Shown here: piece by piece, positions 29,678-38,556 of the stretch
How positions within the stretch are numbered: the first letter of the stretch is position 1
How the letters are laid out: each line of letters opens with the position of its first letter
Origin: Flavobacteriaceae bacterium TMED48
Lineage (GTDB): Bacteria; Pseudomonadota; Gammaproteobacteria; Pseudomonadales; Porticoccaceae
Assembly: GCA_905181995.1 (NCBI GenBank)
Contig: CAJIZO010000201.1
Location: forward strand, 1 to 38,556
Length of the DNA stretch: 38,556 nucleotides
Direction: 5' to 3'
The notes under the pieces: model-generated
The model's input: the letters and a program-made list of their open reading frames with translations, nothing else
What the model was told of the DNA's origin: nothing
Databases searched by the model: none
Program-made: the position numbers and the translations under genes

Positions 29678-30040
29678 ATGACGCCCACCACGCTGTACGG
29701 AATTCCCAATTGCGACACCATGAAACGTGCTCGACAGTGGCTCGATGGCGCACAGGTAGAGTATCATTTTCACGATTTCCGCAAACACGGTATCGATACC
29801 ACAACATTGCAACAGTGGCTTGAGCAAGTCGACTGGCAACTGTTACTCAACCGTCGCGGTACCACTTGGCGCAAGCTCGATGCAACTCGCCAGCAAAGCA
29901 TTGACATTGACAATGTTTGTGAATTACTTTGTCAGCAACCCTCGATGATTAAGCGGCCGGTGCTAGAGCACGCCACAGGCCTAGAGGTCGGCTTCAACGC
30001 CACTATTTATCAGCAGATTTTTAATTCTAATAGCGGGTGA
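29678..30040 (+). CDS. yffB: ArsC/Spx-family protein (YffB-like)
   Basis: LYGIPNCDTMKRARQWL, FHDFRKHG, LLNRRGTTWRKL, PSMIKRPVL; linked to dap genes as in other proteobacteria. Confidence 0.88.
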   Translation: MTPTTLYGIPNCDTMKRARQWLDGAQVEYHFHDFRKHGIDTTTLQQWLEQVDWQLLLNRRGTTWRKLDATRQQSIDIDNVCELLCQQPSMIKRPVLEHATGLEVGFNATIYQQIFNSNSG

Positions 30041-30066
30041 TTCAAACGCCCCAAGAGATCCTTCCT

Positions 30067-31095
30067 ATGAGCACAATCTACAGTTTCGGTATCGGTGTCG
30101 GCAGTAAAAATCAACTCGGCGAGTGGTTAGAGGTGCTGTTCCCAGCACCGCAATTTCAACCCGACCCAGACATTAGCGCCGTGCTCATGGCGGTTCTTGG
30201 CGATCGCAGCGCCGATGTCGAGTTAAACAAAGGCCAAGTGATTGCTCTTGAATCGGCTCTGCGCACCAGCGGCGACAGCGTAATAGCTGATAGCCTGCGC
30301 ATGTTATCGGCGTCGGATAGACCGTTGGTTGCGGTTATTTTAATCGGTGATAACCCGCCGACGACAGTACCCCAAGCATATTTGAAGCTGCAGTTACTCT
30401 CGCACCGATTGGTCAGGCCTCATCAAACCAATATCGATGGGATTTTTGCAACGCTTAAGAATATTGCCTGGACCAACGCCGGTCCCATCGACATCGAAGA
30501 ATTGCCTGCACGCACCGTCGAGTCAAAGCTTCGAGGTCAAAATTTGTCGGTTAACTGCATCGATAAATTCCCCAAGATGGTCGATTATGTGGTCCCGTCC
30601 GGCGTTCGGATCGCCGATGCAGCGCGCGTCCGCTTGGGCGCCTATGTCGGCGCTGGTACCACCGTAATGCACGAGGGCTTTATCAATTTCAATGCCGGTA
30701 CCGAAGGACCCAATATGGTCGAAGGACGCATATCCGCTGGCGTTTTCTGTGGTGCAGGCTCTGATATTGGCGGTGGCGCATCGATAATGGGAACACTTTC
30801 TGGCGGCGGCAGCATGGTCATCTCCCTTGGCAAAGAATGCCTTCTGGGGGCCAACTCAGGCCTGGGCATTCCCCTCGGCGATCGCTGCACCGTCGAGGCC
30901 GGCCTGTACGTTACAGCCGGGACCGTAGTCACCATGATCGATGGCGATGGCAGATCTGGCGCCAAACGGAAAGCCCGAGAGTTAGCCGGCAAGGATGACT
31001 TGTTGTTGCGCCGAAATTCGCTCACAGGCGCGGTCGAGTGCCTGGCCAATAAAAACGCCGTGGCACTGAATGAGCAGCTCCACAGCGCTAACTAA
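30067..31095 (+). CDS. dapD: 2,3,4,5-tetrahydropyridine-2,6-dicarboxylate N-succinyltransferase (Pseudomonas/actinobacterial type)
   Basis: AYLKLQLLSHRLVRPH, DKFPKMVDYVVPSGVRIAD, VMHEGFINFNAGT, MVEGRISAGV, LLRRNSLTG, LNEQLH. Start set at ATG 30067. Confidence 0.95.
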   Translation: MSTIYSFGIGVGSKNQLGEWLEVLFPAPQFQPDPDISAVLMAVLGDRSADVELNKGQVIALESALRTSGDSVIADSLRMLSASDRPLVAVILIGDNPPTTVPQAYLKLQLLSHRLVRPHQTNIDGIFATLKNIAWTNAGPIDIEELPARTVESKLRGQNLSVNCIDKFPKMVDYVVPSGVRIADAARVRLGAYVGAGTTVMHEGFINFNAGTEGPNMVEGRISAGVFCGAGSDIGGGASIMGTLSGGGSMVISLGKECLLGANSGLGIPLGDRCTVEAGLYVTAGTVVTMIDGDGRSGAKRKARELAGKDDLLLRRNSLTGAVECLANKNAVALNEQLHSAN

Positions 31096-31314
31096 CGCAA
31101 CCGTGGCAAATACCCAAGCCGCGCCCTGTAAACACCGTGCGACTGGCTATCAGTAGCGCTTAATATCCAGACGTCTGCGCCCGTGCGCTGGGCGTTTGAA
31201 TGACTTAGACATTCGCCATTAGGCAAGCACGCTATAATACAAACACTAGCTCACCGCGGTGAAAAACAACTTGGGCATTCCGCTTTTTAAGCCCAAAGCT
31301 TGAGGCCTTGCACA

Positions 31315-31566
31315 ATGTCATATACCAAGGCCGTAAACCAATGCAGTACACCAGGGCGCAAGCTCAGCTCACCGTTACAAACCAACCAATCCCTCGACAA
31401 TCTGACTTTGCAGGCCATTCGTCAGCCCGCCAGGACGACCAATTTACCCACAACCCACAGCCAATACAGACGCGAATACCGAGCGAGGCGATTAAAACCA
31501 TCGCTTGTCGTCGGTTGCGGCTATTCGTCAACCGTAGAGCGCACCGCGCGTTTACCGAGCAAATAG
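31315..31566 (+). CDS. Possible small hypothetical protein (83 aa)
   Basis: ATG preceded by GAGG 9 nt upstream and TATAAT at 31233-31238; no recognisable domain; the 3' end overlaps the cyclase gene tail. Confidence 0.25.
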   Translation: MSYTKAVNQCSTPGRKLSSPLQTNQSLDNLTLQAIRQPARTTNLPTTHSQYRREYRARRLKPSLVVGCGYSSTVERTARLPSK

Positions 31567-33677
31567 GTGGATACCGTACCCACGCCCTTGACCTCAATTT
31601 CGCCGCGCGGAGTTACTTCATAACTGCCATCGAGGGCTTCGTAAAAGGCCTCTGAAATTTGGATTTCATCGGGCAGTCCTGTGGACTCCATACGACTGGC
31701 CATATTGATGGTCTCGCCCCACAAGTCGTAGATAAATTTAGATGTGCCGATAACACCAGCAACCACCGGGCCGCAGTGCAAGCCGACGCGCATCCTCAAC
31801 TGGGTGCCGTTACGCGCGTTAAATTCCTCGAGACAAATAAGAATTCGACCCGCTAGCAGGGCCATAGTTTCAGCGTGTTTAGCATTGGGAACCGGCAATC
31901 CGCAGACCGCCATGTACGCATCGCCAATCGTTTTGATTTTCTCAACACCCAACTCCGACGCCACCTCGTCAAACGATCCAAACAAGTCATCGAGCATGGT
32001 TAGAACCACCATGGGTGGAAGACCTCGAGACCAATTGGTGAAGCCGACCAAATCGGTAAAGACAACACTCGCACTGGGGAACGCATCCGCTATCTGGGTC
32101 TCGCCATCCTTTGATCGCTCGGCGATCGGCTGTGGTAAAACGTTGAGAAGCAGCTTGGTATTCTCGGTATTTTTAAATTCGATCGCCTCTCGCTGCTCGC
32201 GCAGACTTGACACCATAGTATTAAAATTAGCGGTTAATTCGCCCATTTCATCGGATGAATTAATCGCTAATTGAACCTCAAAATTACCCTCGCCAACCTC
32301 TTCAGCCGCCTCGGCTAAATCTACGATCGGCTCGACCAATCGGCGCGCGACAAAAGTCGACAACGCCGCCATAACCAATGCTAGCGCAAATCCTGAAAGT
32401 AAGAGTATTCGATTCAACGCGTCGACTGCGGCGAACGCTTCGGCCTCATCAACATCAGCAAACAACGCCCACTGCTGATCGCCAAACGCAACTGGACCAA
32501 AAGAACTGAGAACACTAACTCCCCGATAGTCATCTATGATGGCGATATCTCGCCCGCCCTCAAGGGCATGCATTGCGGCGGGGGTATGAACATTTTGTAA
32601 CAGAATAGAGCTATCAAAATGATCCAGCAGTGCGATGGTCTTTTCTGGGTAACCCACATCTCGCAGTGCGTCGAAATAGCCCTCTCGATCTTCTATCAAG
32701 AAGCGTGAGACGCTGCGCATGGAGAAGTCAGCGCCAACTAGATAAGTCTCACCAGCTTCACCCAACCCATCTTCGCGCCACATGCCATCATCGGTCATAA
32801 TGGCGTTGAGTTTATCCACCGGGAACTGAAAGACCAAGGTGCCGATAGGAACCTCATTGTCGTATACCAAGGTCGAGACAAAGGCCGCTGGAGCGCCATA
32901 GGACGGTCGATAATAATCAAAATCGATAAACGCAACCTCGCCCGCCGTGGTCAATTCATTGGCGGCGTCAAACGCATCGGCTAGATTACTTTTTCGAAAC
33001 GGGCCACTGCGCAAGTTGGTGGCAAAATCGACCTCTTTGAACACCGAATAAACGATGTCACCGGTACGGTTATCGATAAGAAAAATATCGTAATAACCGA
33101 ATTCATTTTGGTACTCTTTAAAAACATCATGAAATTGAGCATGCACTCGACTGTACAGGCTTTGATCATCGGCATGCTCTAATTGGTGTTTTTCACCCAG
33201 CGGATGGTGGTTGTTACTGATGTAGTGGTACTGCAAATAACGAGCGGTTTCAGCCACCGGAAAAACGCTCTCAATGCCAGAGCTTGTGCCAAACCCTTCA
33301 TTTAATGCGGGTAAAAAATCGTTGCTATAGTAGGCGCTAAGATCCGCGCTGCGCGCCACCGACTGTGGCGTCGATGCGCGTTCATCCGATCGTCGCGACA
33401 ATTCGGAAAAACCACGTTTGAATTCCGCGGTCGCCGCTATGGTGGTTGGATTTTTCGCCAGCGATCTCACCTGCGCTTCGATCAATGCAAAATATTCGCT
33501 GACCTGACTGGTTTTAGCCGACTGAATCGACGTCAATTGCCGAAAGGTGTAATCCTCCAGCGAGGCCCTCGCGTGGTAATAACTAATCCAACCACTAATA
33601 CCACTGACGATGACACAGACAGAGACAATGAACAGGGTAACCTTGGGTCTTATACGCAGTGCGCTCAAGCTTGCCAT
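31521..33677 (-). CDS. Membrane-bound class III adenylate cyclase with periplasmic Cache-like sensor and HAMP domain
   Basis: Two TM helices flank a large periplasmic domain (YYDIFLID...IVYSVFKEVDFATNL). HAMP (EPIVDL...DEMGEL) precedes the catalytic motifs FTDLVGFT, KTIGDAYM and YDLWGETINMASRMES. Start ATG 33677 or 33707. Confidence 0.92.
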   Translation of the reverse strand: MASLSALRIRPKVTLFIVSVCVIVSGISGWISYYHARASLEDYTFRQLTSIQSAKTSQVSEYFALIEAQVRSLAKNPTTIAATAEFKRGFSELSRRSDERASTPQSVARSADLSAYYSNDFLPALNEGFGTSSGIESVFPVAETARYLQYHYISNNHHPLGEKHQLEHADDQSLYSRVHAQFHDVFKEYQNEFGYYDIFLIDNRTGDIVYSVFKEVDFATNLRSGPFRKSNLADAFDAANELTTAGEVAFIDFDYYRPSYGAPAAFVSTLVYDNEVPIGTLVFQFPVDKLNAIMTDDGMWREDGLGEAGETYLVGADFSMRSVSRFLIEDREGYFDALRDVGYPEKTIALLDHFDSSILLQNVHTPAAMHALEGGRDIAIIDDYRGVSVLSSFGPVAFGDQQWALFADVDEAEAFAAVDALNRILLLSGFALALVMAALSTFVARRLVEPIVDLAEAAEEVGEGNFEVQLAINSSDEMGELTANFNTMVSSLREQREAIEFKNTENTKLLLNVLPQPIAERSKDGETQIADAFPSASVVFTDLVGFTNWSRGLPPMVVLTMLDDLFGSFDEVASELGVEKIKTIGDAYMAVCGLPVPNAKHAETMALLAGRILICLEEFNARNGTQLRMRVGLHCGPVVAGVIGTSKFIYDLWGETINMASRMESTGLPDEIQISEAFYEALDGSYEVTPRGEIEVKGVGTVSTYLLGKRAVRSTVDE

Positions 33678-33931
33678 TAGAGGTATTTCATCGCGAATAA
33701 AATCCATTAATTTCAGATATGTATACACTAGCAAAAGCGGGGTATGCCGTCAATGCGCCACTGCACTCGTAGCCTTTAGTTACCGCGCTATGCGAATTGG
33801 AAATGGTAAACTATGGCGATGGTTATGGCTAGATTTTCTGTCGCCATAATCACCAGATCAATGGCCGTGCCAAGTCAACGCTCTCGCAGCCAAAAGCGTC
33901 TCTTGAGATACTGCTGTGCGTTTAGTCACCT

Positions 33932-34849
33932 TTAAACTGCCCGAGCATTGTCGAGGATCAAATCGGCAAACGTCGACAACAGCTCAGATGGTAAGTTATG
34001 CCCCATCCCAGGAAATATTTGTAGGTTCGCGTTGGCGACATGCTTGGCCGTATCTATACCGCCATCGACAGAGACTAGGCGATCCTGCAAACCGTGAATA
34101 ACCAGCACCGGCATCCGCAATGACCGCAACCAGCCAACACGATTGTCGCTGGTATTAATCGCCGCCATTTGTCGCACATAGCCCGCAGGGTGACTTGATC
34201 GGCGATATTCAGCGGCCAGCATCGCTCGAACCGTTGAATCTGCAACGGGATATCCCGGACTGCCAATCATCTGCAGAGTCTCGACGCTGTGATCTAGTGA
34301 GGATTGATTTTTAGCAGGTTTTGCAAGCATCTGAATAGACACCATAAGCGCTGATTTACCCTTGCCGACAACACCGGTATTGGACATCATCGAGGTCAAT
34401 GACAACACCCGATGAGGATAGCGGCCGGCAGCTATCTGACAGATCATCCCCCCCATTGACATGCCCACCAAGTGTGCGGCTCGGATCTTTAGCGCATCCA
34501 ATATACCCACAACGTCGTGCGCCATATCGTCGAGGCGGTAGGGCACAGCAACCGGAATACCCAATCGATGCTTCATATACTGGCGAAATAAACTCGGCGC
34601 GCGGGCGCCCTCGATTTTATCGCTCAGCCCAATATCCCGATTATCGAAGCGAACGACAAAGAAGCCTCTATCTGCCAGCGCCTGACAAAATACCACCGGC
34701 CATCTAACCAACTGATTGTATAGACCGGCGACCAATATCAGCGCGGGTTGTTGACGATCGCCAAATGTCTCATAGGCAATATTGAGACCATTGGCGGTTA
34801 GATATTGCGTGGTCTTTTGGCTAAATCCTGCCAGTCCATCTTCGGTCAT
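33932..34849 (-). CDS. Alpha/beta hydrolase (esterase-like)
   Basis: RFDNRDIGLS, nucleophile elbow GMSMG, HGLQDRLV, GMGH; start overlaps the upstream ligase stop (ATGA). Confidence 0.9.
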   Translation of the reverse strand: MTEDGLAGFSQKTTQYLTANGLNIAYETFGDRQQPALILVAGLYNQLVRWPVVFCQALADRGFFVVRFDNRDIGLSDKIEGARAPSLFRQYMKHRLGIPVAVPYRLDDMAHDVVGILDALKIRAAHLVGMSMGGMICQIAAGRYPHRVLSLTSMMSNTGVVGKGKSALMVSIQMLAKPAKNQSSLDHSVETLQMIGSPGYPVADSTVRAMLAAEYRRSSHPAGYVRQMAAINTSDNRVGWLRSLRMPVLVIHGLQDRLVSVDGGIDTAKHVANANLQIFPGMGHNLPSELLSTFADLILDNARAV

Positions 34850-36459
34850 TGTTCTCGTAATGCTCTGCGTAAAATCTTTCCCGCCGGCGATTTCGGCAGT
34901 TCTTGTGAGAATTTTACCATACGCGGAACTTTGTACGCAGTTAATTGCCTTCGACAGAAGCGTTGAATCTCGTCCGCCGTCAATTGTGGATTAGTCGACA
35001 CGACGTATAACAGGATTGCCTCGCCAGTTTTGTGGTCTTTAATACCGATGGCCGCGCACTCAGTAATATCCGGATGCCCGTACACCACAGCTTCGATTTC
35101 ATTTGGATAGACGTTGAATCCAGAGACAATCACCATGTCCTTGAGGCGATCGACAATCCGCACATAGCCGTCGTCATCGAGAGTGCCGATATCGCCAGTA
35201 CGAAACCAACCCGCGGCATCGATAGCCTCGGCAGTGGCTTCGGGTCGCTGCCAGTAACCGCCCATAACCTGCGGCCCGCGCATGCATATCTCCCCAGCGC
35301 AGCCAGCGGCCACCGATTTGCCACGAGCATCGATGATCTTTATTTCCTCGGCAACCATGGCTTTTCCCACGGTTCCAACCCGCGCGGCATCCGGGCTGTT
35401 GCAAGTTAGAGCTGCGGATGTCTCAGAGAGCCCATAACCCTCGTATATTTCCGACGCCGTTCGTTCGCGCCACTGATCGCCGATCTCTTTGACTAGCGCG
35501 GTACCTCCAGCGATGATTCCCTTGACGGCTGAAAAATCGATACGGTCAAAATCTCGATGCGCCATCAACCCCTGCAGCAAGGTATTAACGCTCGCCATAC
35601 TGGTGAATTTAAACGCTGCCATGGTTTTTACCAGCCCATCGATATCGCGTGGATCTGGAATCAACACCGATAGTCCGCCATAGAGAAACCCTCCGATGAC
35701 ATTCATGGTAAACCCAAAGACGTGGTAAAGCGACATGGGCGCTATCAGAATTTCATCGCTATCGGCATCCAAAGCAACGCTCAATTTAGACATGCGCGCA
35801 CCGGCAAAAACGTTACCATGGCTCAGCATCGCGCCCTTGGCCGGCCCAGTGGTACCGCCAGTATATTGCAGCACCGCTAAATCTTGCATGGTTGTCGTTA
35901 ACCGAGGCAGCTCAACGCTGACACCCAACGCGCGGGCCTGGTTAAAGTCAACCAGACTCGCCAGCGACGACGGTGGCAGAGGTTGGGGATTTATGAGATC
36001 TAGGGCATGGGTGGCAATCACGGTTTTTATTGCCGTCTGCGGGACCACCTGTTCAGTGATTGGTAGCAGGTCGGACAACACCACCAGCGCAGAGGCTCCC
36101 GAATCGTTAAATTGGTGTATCTGCTCGCGTGCCGTATACATTGGGTTGGTATTGACGATGGTCAATCCAGCTCTTAATGCGCCCCAAACCGCAATCGGAA
36201 ACTGATTCAAATTGGGCAGTTGAATGGCGATTCGATCGCCGCGCTCAAGGCCGCAGTGGGCGAATAAAAATCCGCAAAATTGCGCGCTCAGTCGGTCAAT
36301 ATCGGCAAATGTAAGACTTTGCCCAAGGCAATGAAACGCAGGCTTTTCTGCAAATTCAGCGCATGCGCGCTCGAATGCATCGAGTAAATTGGAAAAGTTA
36401 TCGGTATTTAGCTGTGCAAATTGTTGTTCCGCAAAACTGCTTGGTGCGCCAGTCATCAT
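34846..36459 (-). CDS. Long-chain fatty acid-CoA ligase (FadD-like)
   Basis: LQYTGGTTGPAKG, EGYGLSETS, RGPQVMGGYW, FRTGDIG, DRLKDMVIVSGFNVYPNEIE, LPKSPAGKILRR; GGGGAGGG RBS. Confidence 0.92.
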   Translation of the reverse strand: MMTGAPSSFAEQQFAQLNTDNFSNLLDAFERACAEFAEKPAFHCLGQSLTFADIDRLSAQFCGFLFAHCGLERGDRIAIQLPNLNQFPIAVWGALRAGLTIVNTNPMYTAREQIHQFNDSGASALVVLSDLLPITEQVVPQTAIKTVIATHALDLINPQPLPPSSLASLVDFNQARALGVSVELPRLTTTMQDLAVLQYTGGTTGPAKGAMLSHGNVFAGARMSKLSVALDADSDEILIAPMSLYHVFGFTMNVIGGFLYGGLSVLIPDPRDIDGLVKTMAAFKFTSMASVNTLLQGLMAHRDFDRIDFSAVKGIIAGGTALVKEIGDQWRERTASEIYEGYGLSETSAALTCNSPDAARVGTVGKAMVAEEIKIIDARGKSVAAGCAGEICMRGPQVMGGYWQRPEATAEAIDAAGWFRTGDIGTLDDDGYVRIVDRLKDMVIVSGFNVYPNEIEAVVYGHPDITECAAIGIKDHKTGEAILLYVVSTNPQLTADEIQRFCRRQLTAYKVPRMVKFSQELPKSPAGKILRRALREQ

Positions 36460-36768
36460 CGCCCTCCCCTTGGATTAATAATTGTTGAGAATAATCCACT
36501 GTGCGCCATGATCGAGTCACTCTGGGGACACAATTGTGACAAAAACATCCATCACTCAAAACTACCGGCCAAGAACTCTTTAAACACCTGTAAAGCCTAG
36601 CTGATGTGCCACTATAATTTACCAAGATAAATAGCTTAAGCTACTAATTTAGCTGGCATTTATTTTTATTTCTCGCCCGACTCTGCCACCGCGCAGACAC
36701 CGTGTTGCCGCGGACAACCATCGACGACTGACCCATAATTCGAACGGCGTATCGCTGTCTAATTTCGC

Positions 36769-38556
36769 TCAGGGTGTCACAATGTTAAAGCTATCATCGC
36801 CACTATCGAGCATTGCCAGTAGCTCGATGATAATTAATCGATTGCCCTCGATGGTCAACTGGTCGGACAGCAACAAATTTGTCAGTCCGACTTCGCCCAA
36901 CATCAAATCGATAAAAAAATCATGGCCGACACTAATACTGGCATCTGCTGTCTCATCTCGATGGTTTTTGCGGTAGTGAAGCACTGAATTGCGCAACCAC
37001 AGGACAAAATTTGTATTTTCTTCCGGAAAGTGAATATTCAACTTATAGTCTTTGCCGGCAGCTTTATTAGGGTCTAATCTCACGGCGATTGTTTTCATAA
37101 ACTCTTCGAGTGGCACTTTTTGCAAGAATTTGCGCGCCAACCGGAGGTCCTGAGCACGATATTGATTACCCTGTTGCAGCTCTTTGGCAGCGGACAAATA
37201 GATATCTCGCCACGGACCCGATTCAGCCTGATAGCCCAACTGCCGGTAGCTTTCTGCGAGCAGATTTGTCGCCTCGCGATTGTCGCTATCCGCAAATACG
37301 ACATGATTGAGCAGTTCTGCCGCCCAGCGGTATTCACCTTTATCCGCCGCCGCCGCCGCCGCCGCTATGGTGCCTTTCACGCCGCCCATCAAGGCAACGT
37401 AACGTTGCGCTGCGCTCACCGGCGGGAGTCGGTTGAGGTTGGCGGGGTTGCCATCGTACCAACCAAAATAATGCTGGTAGACAGCCTTGCTGTTATGGCT
37501 AACGGTTCCGTAGTAGCCGCGAACATGAAATTTGTCTACAAGACTGGGGGGGAGTTTGAGTTGTTCCGCGATTTCGATCGGCGTGTAACCGCGATTGGCC
37601 AAACGTAGAGTTTGGTCGTGAATAAAGCGATAGACATCCTGTTGTTGCTCTAACTGTTCGATGATACGTCGATGGCCCCAGGTCGGCCAATGATGGCTGT
37701 TAACGAGAATTTCGACCTCATTAAGCCGCTCTATGCTGATACCGATGTATTCACTCCACGCAAGCGCATCGCGCACCTTGGCGCCGCGAAGCGTCAATAT
37801 GTTGTGCAGGGTATGGGATACCAACTCAGCGCCACAAAAGATCTTTTTCTGCGGCATATAAAACGTCAATTCGGCCGGCGCCTCTGAATTGGGCATATTG
37901 TAAAAGACAAAATCAACACCATCGATCTGCAGCCGCTGCTCGGCGCGGTCGATCACCGTGGTCGGCGCTCTAATCGACGTATGCCCCGAGATCACACGCC
38001 GCCCCAAACCCGAGTCGACATGGCCCTTCGGCGTGTTCTCCAGCCCAAAGCCAAACATGTAGCTAGCGCGACGGGTCATCGCCGTGCCGGCCAAAATATT
38101 TTCGCTGGTGGCCTCGCGCATAAATCCCTGCGGGGCGATAATTTGCACATCAGCGGATGGGGCCGCACTCATCCAAGCATCTATACCGCCAAAATGATCG
38201 ATATGGCTGTGGGTAATTATAATCGCGGTTGGCACGATCTTGCCGAGATACTTTTGAGCAAAGGCGATCGACGCAGTGGTGGTCTCCAGCGACGTCAAAG
38301 GGTCGACAATTATCCAGCCATTGTCGGCCCGAATGAGGGTGGTATTGGCAAGGTCAAAGCCACGCAACTGATAGACTCCATCATCGACCTTAAACAAACC
38401 GCTGATGGCATTTAGCTTTGCCTGACGCCATAAACTGGGATTCACCGTGTCGGGCGCGTCATCGCGTCGATAGGCGTCTAAATCATTAATCCACTGCATG
38501 TTGTCGCTCGCTTCATCCGTGCTGCTCCCAGGCGCGACAGCCATCAAACCGCGCCG
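36769..38556 (-). CDS. Alkyl sulfatase, SdsA1/YjcS-like (MBL fold, dimerization domain, SCP2-like C-terminus); 5' end outside the window
   Basis: PDTVNPSLWRQA, YQLRGFDLAN, HSHIDH metal motif, SEAPAE, LRGAKVRDA, HHWPTWG, RGYYGT, GWYDGNPANL, GYQAESGPWR. The frame stays open to the window edge (RRG-LMA). Confidence 0.93.
   Translation of the reverse strand, partial: RRGLMAVAPGSSTDEASDNMQWINDLDAYRRDDAPDTVNPSLWRQAKLNAISGLFKVDDGVYQLRGFDLANTTLIRADNGWIIVDPLTSLETTTASIAFAQKYLGKIVPTAIIITHSHIDHFGGIDAWMSAAPSADVQIIAPQGFMREATSENILAGTAMTRRASYMFGFGLENTPKGHVDSGLGRRVISGHTSIRAPTTVIDRAEQRLQIDGVDFVFYNMPNSEAPAELTFYMPQKKIFCGAELVSHTLHNILTLRGAKVRDALAWSEYIGISIERLNEVEILVNSHHWPTWGHRRIIEQLEQQQDVYRFIHDQTLRLANRGYTPIEIAEQLKLPPSLVDKFHVRGYYGTVSHNSKAVYQHYFGWYDGNPANLNRLPPVSAAQRYVALMGGVKGTIAAAAAAADKGEYRWAAELLNHVVFADSDNREATNLLAESYRQLGYQAESGPWRDIYLSAAKELQQGNQYRAQDLRLARKFLQKVPLEEFMKTIAVRLDPNKAAGKDYKLNIHFPEENTNFVLWLRNSVLHYRKNHRDETADASISVGHDFFIDLMLGEVGLTNLLLSDQLTIEGNRLIIIELLAMLDSGDDSFNIVTP
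37345..37365 (-). repeat. (GCG)7 trinucleotide run encoding Ala7 inside the sulfatase
   Basis: Plus strand (CGC)7; protein context GTIAAAAAAADKGEYRW. Confidence 0.9.

Noticed and set aside
29678-30040. Arsenic resistance locus
   Set aside because: The protein is the single-Cys YffB type linked to dap genes; no arsR, arsB or acr3 nearby.
1-38556. CRISPR array, IS element, prophage or defence system
   Set aside because: No regularly spaced repeats, transposase, integrase, phage or nuclease/ATPase defence genes; nearly all sequence is explained by recognisable genes.

Overview
Core chromosomal DNA from a gammaproteobacterium; the protein sequences and gene order suggest a marine Cellvibrionales-like lineage, which is inference only. 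The left end carries tRNA-Gly(GCC) and tRNA-Glu(TTC) on the minus strand, then alaA converging on pdxB and epmC. The centre is the conserved minus-strand cluster rpsB-tsf-pyrH-frr-uppS-cdsA-dxr-rseP-bamA-skp-lpxD-fabZ-lpxA-lpxB-rnhB-[fabH-like]-dnaE-accA, including the t44 leader, the extended -10 rpsB promoter and the rpsB-tsf attenuator. Divergent from it is map-glnD-dapC-[nth]-yffB/arsC-dapD. The right end is a minus-strand accessory block: alkyl sulfatase (cut by the window edge), fatty acyl-CoA ligase, alpha/beta hydrolase and a membrane sensor-HAMP class III adenylate cyclase. I saw no CRISPR array, IS element, integrase or phage genes. The window is mostly housekeeping, and I cannot claim a new multi-gene system. 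The best leads are a compact structured RNA candidate between accA and epmC, a KAS III gene with its own promoter inserted between rnhB and dnaE and overlapping the dnaE start, an Nth with non-canonical cysteine spacing, and a promoter/palindrome/small-ORF unit after dapD.
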